Source of the DNA: Naegleria gruberi
Lineage: Eukaryota
Direction: 5' to 3' (one strand)
Assembly: GCA_000004985.1 (NCBI GenBank)
Contig: GG738866.1
DNA: 64,000 bases
Position 1 is the first letter of the stretch. The number at the start of each line of letters is the position of its first letter. This document shows positions 21,096 through 31,134 of this stretch, one piece after another. The notes beneath the pieces are model-generated. The model had not been told where the DNA came from and did not search any database. It worked only from the letters and a program-made list of their open reading frames with translations. Both the position numbers and the translations under genes were made by a program.

Positions 21096-24000
21096 ATGAG
21101 TGATGGTGATAGCCCTTCCCGAAGACTCAATGCCTTTGGTGGCTCTTCTCCATTAGAAAATGATCAATTCGATGATTTGGATGATACAACAAGGAAAAAC
21201 AAATGGGATATGAAGAGAAATAATGGAGGTGGAGGCGGTTTTAGTATTCCATCTTTGAATGAAGTAGGTTTTGTGCTTATATTGTTGATAGTTAAAAAAC
21301 AATAGTCGATAGTAATTCCTTCGATACCGTCGTTGGGAACAATACAACCAACAATATCTAAAAACATTACTAGCATAAATTCCATGCCAGCAAGTGGTTT
21401 TAAAATTCCCAATAATACAAACATCAACTTTAATGCTACTAAGGAGCCGCCAAACAAAGAATACAGCGAGTATTTGGCAAAGCTACAACAAAGGAATAGA
21501 GAGAAAAAGAGAATGGAGGATGATCCAAGAAAAAGGGAACTTGAGGAAAAAGAAAGAGGATTTAATTTAAATTGGAGTGGAGCTAATAATAACAAAAAAG
21601 ATAAAACTTTGAAGACTACTACATCAAATGAGGACTTTACCGAACCCACTACAAAAATTAAAATCAGAAGAAGCAGACCAACCGGCTACGCGGACAGAAA
21701 CCAAATAAAAAGTGAAGAGAAACGTGGTTGGAAACAATCAACAATAGCTATGAAGAAGGAAAATGGAGAAATGGAACGAATAACACCAGAAAAACCTAGT
21801 ATGTTTGAAGGCGATGATGAGCAAGAGGATGCCTCAGAAATACTCTTCAGAAAGAAAACGAGAGTCACACTCAACAAGGACGACATTGAAGCTCTCAGAA
21901 AGAGCCTAAGTTCTTTAGATTGTCCTAATGAAGAGAGTTTAGCTCATTTATCGACAATGGATACCTTAATTGAAAAATTGAAAAGACTGGACCAATCCAA
22001 ACAGAAATATTTGCTAAAGGTATTAGAAAAATTGGAACAGACAGATAAAACTGTCGAATTAGATGTTTCAGAGGACGAAGAAACTCCTAAAAAAACTGTT
22101 CAAACACCTTCAAAACAGCAAAATGATACATACTGCATAAGAATTTTAAGCACTTGGGGACATTCTAGTAACGTTGGTCTTACTGAAATAGAACTTTATT
22201 CTTTTGATGAAACAAAAATCGAGATTGTGGATGATCAAGTGAATCTTAAGGGTGGACTTGGTGGAAAAGGAAACATTATGCGATTATTCAATGGAAAGAA
22301 AAAGACCACAAACGACCAAAACATGTGGCAAACCTCTTTCCCTACTTTAAGTTATTTAGAAATATTTATAACAATTCCAAGCTTTCTTCCAGTAACAAAT
22401 ATCATTGTTTGGAACTTTAACAAGAGTATTAATGTAAGTAACAATTGTTATTAGGTGATTTCTGACTCGAAAAAGGAAAGTGTTAAAGGAGTGAGAGAAG
22501 TTGAAATCCTTAGAAATGATGACCAGGTATGGAAAGGAACTATACAAAGAGGAAATGGAAATAATGCCTTTGATTACTCAACATCTATTCAAGTTATGAG
22601 TCCAGAAGAAATGCAAGCAAAAAGATCTTCATTTAAACCACAAAAAATTGAAATTGTGCAAGTGTCACCAATCCCAAAGAAAGAATTCTCACCAGAACCT
22701 TCCAACAGTGGTAATGCTATCTCCAGTAAAATGGCTCTTTACGATAGTGAAGAAAGCGAAGAAAGCGAGGAGTCTTCGGAAGAGGAAGATGTTACTTCTT
22801 ACACTTTAGAAATTGAGGATGATGATGACTTACTCAAGCTCACAGAAGATAGGAGATCAAGCCCTCCAACCGTTCCACCACTCTCTATTTCTTTAAGAGA
22901 AGAAACACCAAAGAAGGTTGAAGAGCCTCAAAAGCCATTACATCTTGTTCCAGATGGCCCTAAAGAACAAAAGGATCCAATATGGCTTTCATTGACAAAA
23001 AATCAGAAAACACCAAAAGGAAATGTTCTTACTGATGCCCTTAAGAACACGAACCCAGAGAAGTTACCTGTGTGGTTTAGAGAACTGGAGAAAGAGCCAA
23101 CCCAGGAAAAACCAAGAAAGGTTGCTGATATTGATCTAGAAAAGAAAGAAGAGCCTCCAAAAGAATCTCCAAAAGAAGTTTTAAAAACATCTAGATCAAG
23201 AAGCAGTATCGAACAAAAGCCAACTCTTCAAACTGAAAAAAGTGTTGATTCATTACCTATCGTTACTATTGAATCTGGAAGAAAGCAACCTTCGAGATCC
23301 AAGAGCAGACCAAAGAGACCTCAAGTAATATATAATCAATCTGGTTACACTGACAAATCTTCTATTACAAACGAAACTTTTGACTCCTTAATGAAATTCA
23401 AATATTCTCATTTGGGTCGTCTTAAGCCAAGAGATGAAGAATCAAGCTCTTCTAATGAACCTACAGAAATCAAACCTCCAGTTTGGAAGATTGAAAGAAG
23501 GAAAAGCAGTCAAAAACTTATTACTAAGGATGAAGATTTAATATCGCTCCCTGCTTTAGCTCTTTCAAAAGAAAAACAACAACAACCTGAAGTTGACATT
23601 ATAGAGGAAGAAGAAGACATGGACTTCTTCATTCCAATTTATCCATCTGGTACAAAACTTGTAATCAATATTAAGGAAAGTTGGGGAGATCCCCACTATC
23701 TTGGATTGTCAGGTATAGAAATTTTCGATAAGAATGGTAACTTGCTAGTTCTAAATGATGTTTTCGCGCAAGTGAGGGCAAATCCTTCTGATATTAATAG
23801 CCTGCCAAATATTTCAAACGATCCAAGAACAATTGATAAGGTTTTCGATGGTGTGAACATGACATGTGATGATTTCCACCAGTGGTTGACACCATTTACT
23901 CCAGGAGGAGACCACTTTATATATGTTACCTTAAATGAAAGGACTACAATATCTATGATCAGATTTTGGAATTACAACAAATCAAGAATCCACTCTTATA

Positions 24001-25685
24001 GAGGTGCAAGATATTTAGAAATTTTCCTGGATGATAAGCCTATTTTCAAAGGCGAAATTAAACCTTCCCCAGGCTATTTGTCATCAGTTGAAGCTGGTTC
24101 AGAGAGTATTCTCTTCACCACTGAAACTGAGATTCTTGAAAGAATCGATAGATATGATCAAGAAGTTTATGCCAACCTTCCAACAGAACCTGAAGTTATC
24201 AATAATTGTGAAAGACCAAAAACAGCCAGTAAGGATGTAATGGATACAAGCTTTAATCCTATTGAACATTTTTCTAATATGGATCCATCCGAGAGACCAC
24301 TCACTAGCGCCCTTCCGCCTAAAGAGCAACATTTCAATAACAATAATGGTCTTGTAAGAGGTCAAAAAATAAGAATTATTTTAGAAAGCTCATGGGGTGA
24401 TCTGTTCTACATAGGGCTAACCGGTATTGAGGTTCTTGGGAAGGATGAAAAACTTATTAAGGTAACAACTGAGCAGTTGAGCGCAAAGCCTAGAGATATG
24501 AACGAAGTCGCTGGCCACTCTGGAGACTACAGAACCTTGGATAAATTAGTGGATGGTCTCAACGTTACCACTGATGACAGGCACATGTGGATGGTACCAG
24601 TTACTTTATTTAAAGAACGTCCTTATATAGAAATCGATTTAAGAAAGGAAACTGAAATTTCTGGACTCAGATTTTTCAATTATAATAAGAACCTTGAAGA
24701 TACTTTTAGAGGAGTTAAGAAAATTTCAATCTTATTAGATGACAAACCATTGCTAGACAATGAAGAGAGCTGTTTTATCCTTAAAAAAGCTCCTGGTAAC
24801 ACTAACTTTGATTTTGGTCATACTATTTTGTTCTCAGAAACTGGAACAACCTCTAACAGAAACTCTTTAGAAAATATGACGTCAAAATCAAAAGAAAACT
24901 CGGCTAGAGGTAGCTCCCTCAGAAACAGCTCTTTACTAAATGAAGGTATTCAGCAAGCTATCCTCAAGGCACAATCAATGCAAAATCTCCAACCGCCTCG
25001 TCAAGACTACCAAACGGCATTGCTTCCATGTGCCTATACTTTCAAGTTCCATTTGATTTCTTCTCTTGGCGATCCTTACTATGTTGGATTAAATGGAATC
25101 GAGCTATTTGATGCCAGACACGAGAGAATTCCTCTCACAGTTGCCAATATACAAGCAAGCCCATACAGTGTCTCGAAAGATGATGTCAGAACTCCTGACA
25201 AACTTCTTGACGGTGTCAATAACACTTGGAATGATAGCCATATGTGGTTGACTTTAATAGAACCTGGTCAAGATAATTATTTGTACATTACATTTGAGGA
25301 ACCTATTGCTGTGTCTTTTATTAAGATTTGGAATTATAGTAAAACTCCCAGCAGAGGTGTAGAAGAGTTAATTGTTTATGCGGACGATGTAATTATTTAT
25401 AAGGGATTTTTAAGAATGGCCCCTGCAATTAACGATCTTAATATTGACCTTAAGAAAGATTTTGCTCAATCCATACTATTTACAAATGACCCAACCATTT
25501 GCCAGCGAGAAAAGAAAAGAATTTATTCGAGAACTCTTGACGATCAAGATGTAAAGTATTACAATGAAAAACAATTGGTTAAACCAGCAACTCAACAACA
25601 ATTACCTCCACAATATCATGTTAAACCCCCTTCACGAGAATACTACCCTTCAACAAGACCTACAACATCCGTTGTCAATAAATAA
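21096..25685 (+). CDS. KATNIP (KIAA0556)-like protein with four DUF4457-type repeats. Exons are 21096..21263, 21306..22433 and 22455..25685, with introns of 42 nt (21264..21305) and 21 nt (22434..22454).
   Basis: Four units of the form S.WGD..Y.GL.GIE..D..G......MW....P......Y.......I...R.WNYNK are present (CIRILSTWGHSSNVGLTEIELYSF..., SWGDPHYLGLSGIEIFDKNG..., SWGDLFYIGLTGIEVLGKDE..., SLGDPYYVGLNGIELFDARH...). The 21-nt intron (GTAAGTAACAATTGTTATTAG) is needed to join ...WNFNKSIN to VISDSKKESVKGVREVEIL, and it contains an in-frame TAG. Confidence 0.7.
22434..22454 (+). other. Ultra-short 21-nt spliceosomal intron in the KATNIP-like gene.
   Basis: It reads GTAAGT...TTAG and its length is a multiple of three with an in-frame stop. 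Removing it aligns the first DUF4457 unit with the other three. Confidence 0.55.
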
Positions 25686-25724
25686 ACCTTTTTAATTTAC
25701 AATATTTACAATGTGTACAAATAA

Positions 25725-26627
25725 TTAATCTGCTTCATCATCAGAAAGTTCACTATCTCTGGATAAATCCATTTGATCATTTTCCTCTCTCACTAAGTGG
25801 CAATTCATAACATCAAGAATTGCAGGGAAATCAACTTTTTCTTGGAGTCTCTTTTGAGAAAACATTAAAATCTTTAAAAGAAGTTGAAGTTTTGGTGTTG
25901 CTTCCAACTGTTGACTTTTCAATATTGCTGAATTCAATTCACTTGCTGTTTTCTGCCTTTGACCATTTCCTAAAAGGCTCGAATATGGGCAAGACTTTTG
26001 ATCCTCAAATGCCAATAAGCTCATTACTTTTTCGACCTCCTGTAAAAACTCTGAATTATCCTCTACAAGAGGTACTAATTCTTCCTGGGCGAATCTTGTT
26101 TACAAATTGTTACAATCCATTACAATGATATTCTTACCTTAATGCATCATCTATTTTTCCACTCCTTATTAATTCAATCAATTGTTGTTGTTTCAGTTTG
26201 AAGAATAACTCTGGAGATGAATCGAGAATTTGTGGGTTCAGCATATTGACTTCTCCAATTGCTCCGATAATATCTCCCTCAATAACCTTCTTCCTAATTG
26301 TTACTCGTTCTCCAATTCCATTTGTATTAGTTTCATTTGTATCTTTGTTAACAAAGTATTGCATTATTATGCTTTCATTGTCAATTATACCTACCATCAT
26401 TCTTCAAGCCTGATTCTTGTTGAAAAACTTGAGCAGCCTCTTTATAACCCTCCACAACCAAATAATTCAAAACAAGAGAATCCAAATCACTGAAATTATA
26501 TTGATCACACTCTTAAAATAAATCATTAAAATTACCTTCTATTGATTTTAATTTGCGCCAACTTATCTTCCCACTCATTCCGATCAATAATTGATTTTTG
26601 AAAGGCTCTAACTGCTGGTTTAGACAT
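25725..26627 (-). CDS. GID8/TWA1 homologue, a LisH-CTLH-CRA subunit of the GID/CTLH E3 complex. Exons are 26536..26627, 26395..26489, 26138..26339 and 25725..26084.
   Basis: The protein rebuilds as MSKPAVRAFQKSIIDRNEWEDKLAQIKINR|SDLDSLVLNYLVVEGYKEAAQVFQQESGLKNDG|DTNE...FFKLKQQQLIELIRSGKIDDALR|EELVPLVEDNSEFLQEVEKVMSLLAFEDQ...QRQKTASELNSAIL...TPKLQLLLKILMFSQKRL. It is collinear with human GID8. Introns 1 and 2 are in phase, and intron 3 (26085..26137) is off by one nucleotide. Confidence 0.75.
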
Positions 26628-27018
26628 TTTTTTATTTTTAATCTTCTTAATTTAGATTCATTGTAAAGAATCATAAATTGTTGCCTTACTTTTCTCAGTA
26701 TTTGTAAGTAGGTTGAATTGGTTCTTCACTCTTTGTTTTATTTATTACAATGAAAGCAACCTATAGAAAATCATATATTCTGTTGTAACTTCTATTTCAT
26801 TAAATATCTCACTCAAACTCCTCTTTGTTTTTATCAAAGGTTGTCTAAATGAGCTCTTATTCTTGAAGAAAATACTCTTCCGCCCCTAACAAACAATACA
26901 CAATCTAAACATTCACTATTATTAATTAATAAATAGCTAAATAATTATTCTCTGATGGTTTCTGTTGATGAGATGATGACAATAATAATTGAACCAAATT
27001 TTTATTGATTCAAAAAAA

Positions 27019-29871
27019 ATGAGCAACAATTCATCATCTAAAAATTTCCAACAAAACACAAAATTGTTGAATAAATCTCAGCACTTGATAAAGAGTTTTC
27101 ACATTTCTCCTTTCATTTCGCTAGTATATAAGAATGATATTGGAGATAATATACAACGTGTAGCTTTTTCTAATGTATCACAACAATTCTATATTTGTTG
27201 TGCTGATAGTAAAATTAATATAGTTGAATATGCAACAGGAGAAAGATTATATACTATCGAAGCCGATTCAAATGTTACTTGTCTTTCATTAAGTTCGGAT
27301 GATAGATTCCTTGCTGTTAGTTGTAAGAGTGGACAAGTTACAATTTATAGTATGAAGCAACAAAAGGCTTTGAAAACTTTCCGAGTTGGTGTTTCTTCAC
27401 CTGTTATTCAATTAGCCTACTCTCCTGATGATGCCTTTTTAGCTATGGCTCATGGTGATGGTAGTATTGATATTTATTATACTCCTACAACTCAAGATGA
27501 ATCAACAGGACAACCTGCTTTACTTAAATTATTATTTACAATTAAGAAACATCATCAAGGACAAATACATTTAATGAAATGGATTGATAATTTATGGTTA
27601 GCATCAAGTGGTTTGGATGGAGCTAAAGTAATGCAAATAGGAAATGAAGAAGATGAAAGTCGTCCATATAAAATTATTGCAAGTATTCATGATAATAGAA
27701 ATGATATTAGAGATGTTACTTTATTGAAGGAACATGATACTGAAGATAATACTAAACCAATTTATTTAATGACTGCTGGACATGGTTCTTTATATCAATT
27801 TAAATGGAATGAAAAGAATTCTACATTCAATTTATCTAACACAATTCCTATCAAACATTATTTCTCAAGTATGATTGAAATAACTTCTACTGAAAATGAT
27901 TCATTTACTCTTATTGCCAGTACTCCTGTTAAGAAAAAGAATAATTTGGTGAGGATAACAGTTAAGAAACCACAAGTTTCTGATAAAAAGAAGAAGAAGG
28001 ACGAAGATGATGACGATGATGCTGTTAAAATTGAATATATTCCTGAAAAATCACTTGTTGGTCTTTCGCAATTATTCAAATTATCTGATTCTGAAATTTT
28101 TGCTATTACCATTGATTCAAATTTTGCAATTTTCAAGAGAAAGGAGAATGAAGCAAATGGTGATGAATCTGCTAAAGCTAAACTCAAGAAGAAACTTTCA
28201 AAGAAGGAAGATGTTACAGAAGTTGCCTCTAAAGGAGTTTTGTTTGAAAAAGTTGGTCAAAGATTGGGATTCAACGATGATGTCTTGGATATGTCATTGT
28301 TCTCATCTAGAAATATGTTGGCCGTCGCTACAAATTCTGAGAATGTTACCTTGTTGAATTTGAGTGATGCCAATCAAGATCCAATTGAAGTTTCTGGACA
28401 CTCTGAAATGATCTTGTCTCTTGATCGCTCAAAGGATAAGGATCAACGTTATTTGGTCACTGGTTCTAAGGATAAATCTATTAGAGTTTGGGATGTCTCT
28501 AAATACGGAAATACACAAGGAGAAGAACATGTCACCCCTGTTTCTGTTGGTACAAGCCACTTGACCGGTGTTACTGCTGTCTGTGTTTCTAACCACAAAC
28601 GAAAGCTCAAAGATTCTAAGGAAGAAGATTTCTTCATTTACTCTGCATCAGATGATGGTGTTCTTAAAAAGTGGAAATTATCTGATTGTAGCTTGTTAGG
28701 TACAAACTCTGAAAGCCACAAAAAGACTGTCAGTGAAATTTCAGTTTCACCTGATGATTCAATGATTGCCACTGCTAGTGCTGATAAGACTGCTAAAGTT
28801 TTTGATACTTCTGATTTGTCTAAGGTTCTCTTTGAATTCCCTCACAAGAAAGCAGTGTGGTGTGTCAAGTTCTCACCTGTTGATAAAGTTATTGCTACTG
28901 GTTGCAGTGATAACATGATTAGAATTTGGTCTTTAAAGACTGGTAACTGTGTTAAAGTTTTGGAAGGTCATGATCAATCAATTCTCAAGATGCAATTCTT
29001 GAATAATGGTGCTCAATTGGTTTCTGCAGATGCCAATGGTGTTGTAAGATTGTGGGTTATTAAGACTGGTGAATGCATTAAAGTTTTTGGTGATGCTCAC
29101 ACTGACAGAATTTGGGCTGTTTCTGTAGATCAAAAGACCAATCAATTGATTACTGGTGGTGAAGATTCCAGAATTAATATTTGGCATGATAACACTGAAG
29201 AAATTAAGGAAGAACAAAGAGAAGATGTAAATTTGTCAGTTATTCAAGATCAAGAATTGAGGAATTTGGAAAGACAAGGTAAAATGAAGGATGTCCTTAG
29301 AAAAGCCATTGAATTGGATAGACCAAAGCTCACCTATACAACCATTGAAAAACTTGTCAAGACTGATGAGAAGACTGTCTTGGAAGGTTTGATTATGGAA
29401 TTACCAAAGATTCACCTTATGCACCTATTCCAATACTGTATTGATTGGAACTCTAACTCAAAGTTTTGTCAAATTGCTCAACTTGTTTTAAAGATAATGT
29501 TTGACCTTGTAGAACCATCTTTCATTGATATTGCCTATGAAAAATCAGTAGATGCTTTGTCATTGTACAGTCAGAGACACTTAAAGAGAATAACTTATTT
29601 AGAACAAAAGAGTTTCATTTTAGAACATGCATTGAATCAAATGAATGCCTTAACGCCAATCGAAAATTCATCCAATGTTGAAACTTTGAAGAGTATGCCA
29701 TCAAAGAAGAGAAAGGAAATTGATACATCAAAGGTTGTTCAAGAACCAATTCAGTTCAAGACTGTTGAAGTTGTTGATGAAGATGTAGAATTTTCAGACC
29801 AAGAAGGAGAATTTGATGAAGATGGTGAAGAGGAAACATTCGAACCATCTACAAAAAAGCAAAAAAATTAA
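27019..29871 (+). CDS. UTP13/TBL3-type WD40 protein, a U3 snoRNP and SSU-processome component.
   Basis: It is about 950 aa with multiple WD40 repeats (GHSEMILSLD, LVTGSKDKSIRVWD, IATGCSDNMIRIWS, LVSADANGVVRLWV, LITGGEDSRINIWH). A C-terminal Utp13-type helical region follows. The start uses an A-rich context at 27019. Confidence 0.7.
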   Translation: MSNNSSSKNFQQNTKLLNKSQHLIKSFHISPFISLVYKNDIGDNIQRVAFSNVSQQFYICCADSKINIVEYATGERLYTIEADSNVTCLSLSSDDRFLAVSCKSGQVTIYSMKQQKALKTFRVGVSSPVIQLAYSPDDAFLAMAHGDGSIDIYYTPTTQDESTGQPALLKLLFTIKKHHQGQIHLMKWIDNLWLASSGLDGAKVMQIGNEEDESRPYKIIASIHDNRNDIRDVTLLKEHDTEDNTKPIYLMTAGHGSLYQFKWNEKNSTFNLSNTIPIKHYFSSMIEITSTENDSFTLIASTPVKKKNNLVRITVKKPQVSDKKKKKDEDDDDDAVKIEYIPEKSLVGLSQLFKLSDSEIFAITIDSNFAIFKRKENEANGDESAKAKLKKKLSKKEDVTEVASKGVLFEKVGQRLGFNDDVLDMSLFSSRNMLAVATNSENVTLLNLSDANQDPIEVSGHSEMILSLDRSKDKDQRYLVTGSKDKSIRVWDVSKYGNTQGEEHVTPVSVGTSHLTGVTAVCVSNHKRKLKDSKEEDFFIYSASDDGVLKKWKLSDCSLLGTNSESHKKTVSEISVSPDDSMIATASADKTAKVFDTSDLSKVLFEFPHKKAVWCVKFSPVDKVIATGCSDNMIRIWSLKTGNCVKVLEGHDQSILKMQFLNNGAQLVSADANGVVRLWVIKTGECIKVFGDAHTDRIWAVSVDQKTNQLITGGEDSRINIWHDNTEEIKEEQREDVNLSVIQDQELRNLERQGKMKDVLRKAIELDRPKLTYTTIEKLVKTDEKTVLEGLIMELPKIHLMHLFQYCIDWNSNSKFCQIAQLVLKIMFDLVEPSFIDIAYEKSVDALSLYSQRHLKRITYLEQKSFILEHALNQMNALTPIENSSNVETLKSMPSKKRKEIDTSKVVQEPIQFKTVEVVDEDVEFSDQEGEFDEDGEEETFEPSTKKQKN

Positions 29872-29885
29872 AATGTTAAAATTCT

Positions 29886-30817
29886 TTAATTAGTTGTGGT
29901 TGGTGTCTTTTCAGCTTCATCATCAATTGAGTTGAAGGTATTTGATGTTTCAGAATTATGAACCAAGAAAGTACGAGCATTACGGAAAGTACTACCATCC
30001 TTGATGGAAAGCTTATTGTGCTTATATTGAACAATAACACCTTCTCCAAAGTGCAAAATCCACTTGAAACGGTCACAAATGTGAATTCTATCAGCATGAT
30101 TGTTTGAATTCTTGTTCCAGACTTGTAAAACGTCTTCCTTAGTTCTCAAACTCAAAACACAACCAACAACATTACCAGTTTCTATTTAAGGAAGGGTGAT
30201 GAATTAAAATGAATATGAGTAACAATACATACCAAATTGTTCACAAATAGTAGAGAAAACGAGTTGTTCCCACAATCTATCACAGAAAGTTGATGTTTGA
30301 CCATTTTCACCCTTTCTAATTTTGACCATCCAACATCCACCTAATTATTATTAAATTATTATTATTAAATTTTTAATAAACGTAATGCGGAAATGTATAC
30401 AAACCTTGAGGGAAACTATTTAAAATTAATAATTAAATATAATTAAATACATACGATTCCCACATTGGTACTACTTCATGTCTGAACAATGAAATATTAC
30501 TATTCTTTGGCAATTTGCTTGGCTTTTGGAGGTAAGAATAAACTTTGCAGAATTCATCAATTGATGAAACGGTGGCAAGTTTAGTCAAACAATCACGGTA
30601 TTGACTTCCATCCTTTTCCTTTTCATGATGTTCTTGATGATGATGTCCTTCTTTATCTACTTTAGTATTAGCATACCAAAAAGTCCATTTAGTTTCAAGT
30701 GGAAATCCTTTAGCTTTTAATTGTTCATCGCTATCATATGATTGAGACTTGGTCTTTTTAGCTGGTTGAGGAACTTCAAAAACAGTCTCGGAAACAACTT
30801 CTTGTTGAGATGTAGAC
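29886..30817 (-). CDS. Translation initiation factor eIF4E. Exons are 30465..30817, a possible 11-nt micro-exon at 30405..30415, 30233..30340 and 29886..30181.
   Basis: Conserved blocks are KGFPLETKWTFWYAN (cap-binding Trp residues), HEVVPMWE, GGCWMVKIRKG, RLWEQLVFSTICEQF and GNVVGCVLSLRTKEDVLQVWNKN...DRIHICDRF. Introns start GTATGT, and the last is 51 nt (30182..30232). A His-rich insert (KEGHHHQEHHEKEKDG) is present. Confidence 0.75.
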
Positions 30818-31134
30818 ATTTTTTTATTAATTTTTGTTCTTCTTTTCACCTTTTCACCACAGAAGCCTTCTTCCTAGCATAACAGGATATCAAAAGAGAT
30901 TTGCACAAGCCATGTATTGTCTCATGGAGGCGAGAGTTGTTATTTGTTCTTTGACACTACTCCGATATTTATCTCTAACAATTGATGATTGAGTGGAAGA
31001 GAATTTATTAAGAATGTTCACCTACTAACAACATTCCACGTGACTTCCTTCAAATGAATTCAAAGGAATTGCAGATTTAAGATAATTTATAGAGCTAATT
31101 GCAGCAAAAGAATCAACCTTTCTTATTAATTTTA

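Noticed and set aside
21164-21649. 161-aa minus-strand ORF opposite the KATNIP 5' region
   Set aside because: It overlaps plus-strand KATNIP exons that are confirmed by repeat-domain alignment. It is a hydrophobic low-complexity mirror frame.
28007-28357. Assorted ORFs of 60-160 aa antisense to or out of frame with large genes (for example 28007..28357, 36475..36849, 38698..39174, 44611..45159, 50749..51039, 57743..58060)
   Set aside because: They are embedded within well-supported longer CDSs on the other strand or frame. They show compositional bias only and have no start context.
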